A program made the position numbers and the translations under genes. Below are positions 60,703 through 64,000 of a stretch of 64,000 nucleotides of DNA, in pieces. Positions within the stretch are counted from its first letter, which is position 1. Each line of letters opens with the position of its first letter. Below the pieces are notes generated by a model. That model did not search any database. It worked only from the letters and a program-made list of their open reading frames with translations, and was not told where the DNA came from. Source of the stretch: Candidatus Sericytochromatia bacterium. GTDB taxonomy: Bacteria; Cyanobacteriota; Sericytochromatia; S15B-MN24; UBA4093. The stretch is taken from contig JAKFCT010000059.1 of the NCBI GenBank assembly GCA_036676495.1, positions 1 to 64,000 on the forward strand. Reading direction: 5' to 3'.

Positions 60703-61023
60703 TTACTCCCAGGATTCGATCTGTCGCTTCTTCTCGGGGGAGTGGAAGACGCTCTCTGCGCTCAGGTAGACGACATCGTTGCCGTGCTTCTGGAAGTGGG
60801 AGACGGCGCTCTCGATGTCCGCGATTTCGCGCTCCAGGAGGACGAGGTCCTTGCCGGGGTAGTAGCGCTTGGAGACCTTGATGGCGAGGTCTTCGTCCTG
60901 GAAGCCAAGGATGGCGTTGACCGGACCTTCGGGACGCGTGATGCGCATGACGACCGGGTGGAAGCCTTCTTGGGGCTCTCCGAAACGCTCTTCGATGATC
61001 CAGGCCGAGCCGGGACGGGCCAT
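60703..61023 (-). CDS. Hypothetical protein
   Basis: AAGGAGG RBS, 106-aa ORF with host-like codon usage. Confidence 0.7.
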   Translation of the reverse strand: MARPGSAWIIEERFGEPQEGFHPVVMRITRPEGPVNAILGFQDEDLAIKVSKRYYPGKDLVLLEREIADIESAVSHFQKHGNDVVYLSAESVFHSPEKKRQIESWE

Positions 61024-61096
61024 GGGGACCTCCTTCGATGGACAGACGGGTAGCAACTGGGGGGGCATGTTACCCCAAATGCCCGCGCCTCGCCAG

Positions 61097-61462
61097 TCAG
61101 CGGCGGGCGCGCCGGAATGGAACGATGTCGGCGGCGGGACGCGTCGGGAGGTCGAGTGCCTGGAAGGTGTCCGAGGCGATGACCTGCGCGAGGAGCGGGG
61201 AGAGCTCGAAGACCTCGATGACCTGTTCGAGGGCCTCGGCGGATTGGAAGCGCGGATGCGCCAGCAATTCTCCGAGATCCTCGCGTTCGAAGGAGACCCA
61301 GCCTTCCTCGAGCAGGCGGAAGCGAGCACGGCGCATCCCCCCGGCATAGGCCGTGACGAGATCGAGCGCATGGTCGAGGCTGCCGCTTTCCTGGCGGATC
61401 ACTTCCAGCAGCGGGGCCAGGTCGAGCTTGAGGGCGAAGCGAGGGCGGAACATCGGGGGCAT
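61097..61462 (-). CDS. Hypothetical protein
   Basis: AGGAG RBS, 121-aa ORF. Confidence 0.6.
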   Translation of the reverse strand: MPPMFRPRFALKLDLAPLLEVIRQESGSLDHALDLVTAYAGGMRRARFRLLEEGWVSFEREDLGELLAHPRFQSAEALEQVIEVFELSPLLAQVIASDTFQALDLPTRPAADIVPFRRARR

Positions 61463-61638
61463 CGGGTACTCCTGTGTGATTCGAGGACCTTCATTCTAGC
61501 GTGGGAAGGGGGAGCGGACTGTGCGCCACGCACTTGATTGCCTGCTGATTGCCCGAGCGTCCGGGTTTCCCTGTCCGGAAGATCCAAGGCCCCCGAGGGG
61601 GAACGGGCTAGGATGCGGACAGGTGAGGAGGAACTGTC

Positions 61639-62823
61639 ATGGGCGAGAGCAAGCAGGTTAGGTTAGGCCGCTTGGTTGGGCTGGGCGTGGCGTTGACCCT
61701 GGCGGCATGCGGCGTGACGCCGGAGCCACCCAGCACTCCGGCGCCGAACCCTGTCGAGATCCGACAGGCACCAAGAGGAGAGGCGCCCGGCCTATGGTTC
61801 ACGATGTATGGCTGGGGGCTGAATCAGCCGCGCTGGAGCCATTCGGCGGATGTGATCGGGAACTGGCTTTACGTGGTGGGCGGGGCGGACTCCGAGGGCC
61901 AGATGGCCTCGGTGGAGCGGGCTCCCATCCTGGAAGGAGGGGAACTCGGAGAGTTCCGGCCGGCGGCGGCGACGCTGCGCACGCCCCGGGATTGCCATGC
62001 GAGCTTGACAATTGGGGATTGGCTTTACGTCTTCGGGGGGGACCGGCAGGGCTCGCTGGACAGCGTCGAGCGAGCTCGGATTCGCAACGGCGGGGAGCTC
62101 GGGAGCTTCGAGGAGGCCGGAACGCGGCTGGTGCAGGCGCGCGACGAGCATACCGCGACCCGCGTCGGACGCTACGTCTACGTGATCGGCGGCATCCGCG
62201 GGCCGATCCAGCTGGCGTCCATTGAGCGCGCGGAGGTCCTTCCGGACGGCCGTCTCGGGCCCTTCACGCGCTACCCCCAGTCGCTCACGGCCAACCGGTA
62301 CGGCCACTGGGTGGTGGTGAGGGGAGAGTACCTCTACGTGGTGGCGGGCCTGAGCGATAACGGGAATGCGGGGCAGGTCGAGCGGGCGCGAATCATGGCG
62401 GACGGCTCGCTGGGGCCTTTCGAGCGTCTCCAGCCGGCGCTGCGCGAGCGGAGGGACAGCCCGATCGCCATCGGGCTGGATGGCTGGCTTTACGTCATCT
62501 CGGGGGCGCGCGAGCATGCGATGCACATCAAGCTGACGTCCATCGAGGCCGCTCCGTTCACGGGCTCGGGGATCGGGCGCTTCGTCCCGGGTGGGTCCTT
62601 GCAGGTCGGCCGGGATTACCACACGGTGACCCGGGTGGGGGACTGGCTCTACGTGATCGCGGGAGAGAAGACGGACGGAGGGGCGCTAGGATCCGTGGAG
62701 CGCGCCCGGGTGCCGTCGGCGCCGCTGTTGCGTCCGAGCCCGCGTCCGACGGCCGAGCCCTACGAAGGGGGCTACCCGTATGGATCGGACGGGGCGTATG
62801 AGTCCGATTGGAGCGGCTACTAA
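61639..62823 (+). CDS. Kelch-repeat beta-propeller lipoprotein
   Basis: Lipobox LAAC; six repeats R..H....G.WLYV.GG...SVERA.I...G.LG.F. Confidence 0.88.
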   Translation: MGESKQVRLGRLVGLGVALTLAACGVTPEPPSTPAPNPVEIRQAPRGEAPGLWFTMYGWGLNQPRWSHSADVIGNWLYVVGGADSEGQMASVERAPILEGGELGEFRPAAATLRTPRDCHASLTIGDWLYVFGGDRQGSLDSVERARIRNGGELGSFEEAGTRLVQARDEHTATRVGRYVYVIGGIRGPIQLASIERAEVLPDGRLGPFTRYPQSLTANRYGHWVVVRGEYLYVVAGLSDNGNAGQVERARIMADGSLGPFERLQPALRERRDSPIAIGLDGWLYVISGAREHAMHIKLTSIEAAPFTGSGIGRFVPGGSLQVGRDYHTVTRVGDWLYVIAGEKTDGGALGSVERARVPSAPLLRPSPRPTAEPYEGGYPYGSDGAYESDWSGY

Positions 62824-62868
62824 TCCTGAGGGGGGGCGAGCAACGGGGCGCCGAATCGACGTTGAAGC

Positions 62869-63606
62869 CTAGGGCTGCTCGCGAGGCGTCAGGATCTGGG
62901 GCAGCTTTTCGGCGATCGCCCGGACGAGGGCCGCCTCGTGCGGATCGAGGCGCATCCGGCTGAGGATCCGGCGCAGCGTGTGGAGCTTGCTTTCCCGATC
63001 CCGCGCATGCAGGATGCCTGCGCGCTCCAGGCCCTCGACCAGGCGTTCGCCCAGGGGGGACAGGGCTTCCGCGGAGGCGAGCAAGGGCGTGTCATGGGCA
63101 TGGGCGTGCGCGGCGTCAGCCAGGCGCCATTCGTAGGCGAAGATGTTCACGGCCATGGCGAGGTTCAGGCAGGTTCCCTCCTCGCCCGGAATATGGGCGA
63201 CCTGGTGGCAGCGCCGCAACTGGTCGCGGCTCATGCCGTGCTTCTCGGTGCCGAAAACCAGGGCCACGGGCCCCGCCTGCGCCAGGTCCCGTGCCAAGGT
63301 CGCAAGGGTCCGGGGATCCTGGGGCTTCATTTCGATGGATTCGATTGCCCGAGCGGTGGTCCCGACGGCGAAGACCACTCCGGAAAGGGCCTCGTCAAGG
63401 GTCTCGACTTGCACGGCACGTTCGAGGATGTCCTCCGCCCCAGCGGCGACGCGCACGGCGAGGGGGTGGCGGGGATCCACGCCTCCCTCGGCGATGACCA
63501 GATCGCTCAACCCGAAGTGGCGCATGCCGCGGGCCACCGCCCCGACGTTGTCGGGAAGGGTCGGGTGAATGAGGACGACGCGGGTCTCGGAGAGCAGCAA
63601 GGCCAT
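62869..63606 (-). CDS. SPOUT RNA methyltransferase, TrmJ/LasT-like
   Basis: NVGAVARGM..FGL, GTTAR, ALVFGTEKHGM, LNLAMAV..FAYE. Confidence 0.88.
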   Translation of the reverse strand: MALLLSETRVVLIHPTLPDNVGAVARGMRHFGLSDLVIAEGGVDPRHPLAVRVAAGAEDILERAVQVETLDEALSGVVFAVGTTARAIESIEMKPQDPRTLATLARDLAQAGPVALVFGTEKHGMSRDQLRRCHQVAHIPGEEGTCLNLAMAVNIFAYEWRLADAAHAHAHDTPLLASAEALSPLGERLVEGLERAGILHARDRESKLHTLRRILSRMRLDPHEAALVRAIAEKLPQILTPREQP

Positions 63607-63755
63607 GAAAGCTTCCTTTCGGTCGCGGGGAGAGTCGAAGACGGCGTTCGGCGCCTCCATGAGGATAGCAGGCCGCAGGGGATACATCGAAACGGGCGAG
63701 CCATGGTAAAGTAGGGAGAATAGCGCCCGCGGCCGACGATCCCAGGAGAGTTTCA

Positions 63756-64000
63756 ATGTACGTAGATAACGCCACCATGCAAGAGCGGATTGCCCAGTCC
63801 CTGAACGACTGCGCCGAGGCCGTGCGCCACGCCAACCCCCGCCAGATTCGCCGCTTGATCGAGGCCACTTACCGCCAGATCATGAACGAGCTTCCGGAGG
63901 ATCTCCTCGACGAGGAGGCCGTGATGCCCAAGATCGTGGGTTACCTCGACGTCGTGGTGCTTGCGGGTGGCTCGCTGGGCAAGCGCGCCGACCAGCTGCT
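63756..64000 (+). CDS. Hypothetical protein, 5' part (runs off window)
   Basis: AGGAG RBS, open frame MYVDNATMQERIAQSLND... to window end. Confidence 0.6.
   Translation, partial: MYVDNATMQERIAQSLNDCAEAVRHANPRQIRRLIEATYRQIMNELPEDLLDEEAVMPKIVGYLDVVVLAGGSLGKRADQL

Overview
High-GC bacterial chromosomal window, mostly housekeeping and accessory metabolism. No integrase, transposase, reverse transcriptase, cas gene or CRISPR array was recognised. It starts with two tRNA-Glu genes (TTC, CTC; no encoded CCA) and a short region holding a duplicated ~95-bp tRNA-3'-like/terminator unit. Then come pflB-pflA, a block of hydrolases/oxygenases/MFS/TetR, a CoA-transferase, a LysM-peptidase, icd, and an infA + zinc-ribbon microprotein operon. 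A peroxide-stress cluster follows (bcp, di-heme Ccp, PerR/Fur, trxB, ahpC, Zn-finger Clp ATPase, second Ccp) with visible Per-type and Fur-type operators. The rest holds MMPL, tRNA-Ser(TGA), a yybP-ykoY Mn2+ riboswitch ahead of a cation:Ca antiporter-family gene, a PcrA/UvrD helicase, a type III PKS operon, an ABC exporter, a ~1000-aa protein of 44-aa helical repeats, a Kelch lipoprotein and a TrmJ-like gene. The most striking unexplained signal is a dispersed, (C/T)TAG-bounded, covarying hairpin element: two 107-bp copies with a 27-nt variable core, two 62-63-bp core-less copies and one collapsed remnant. Product calls rest on motif recognition by eye, not database searches; start codons are best estimates. 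Taxonomy cannot be fixed from this window.
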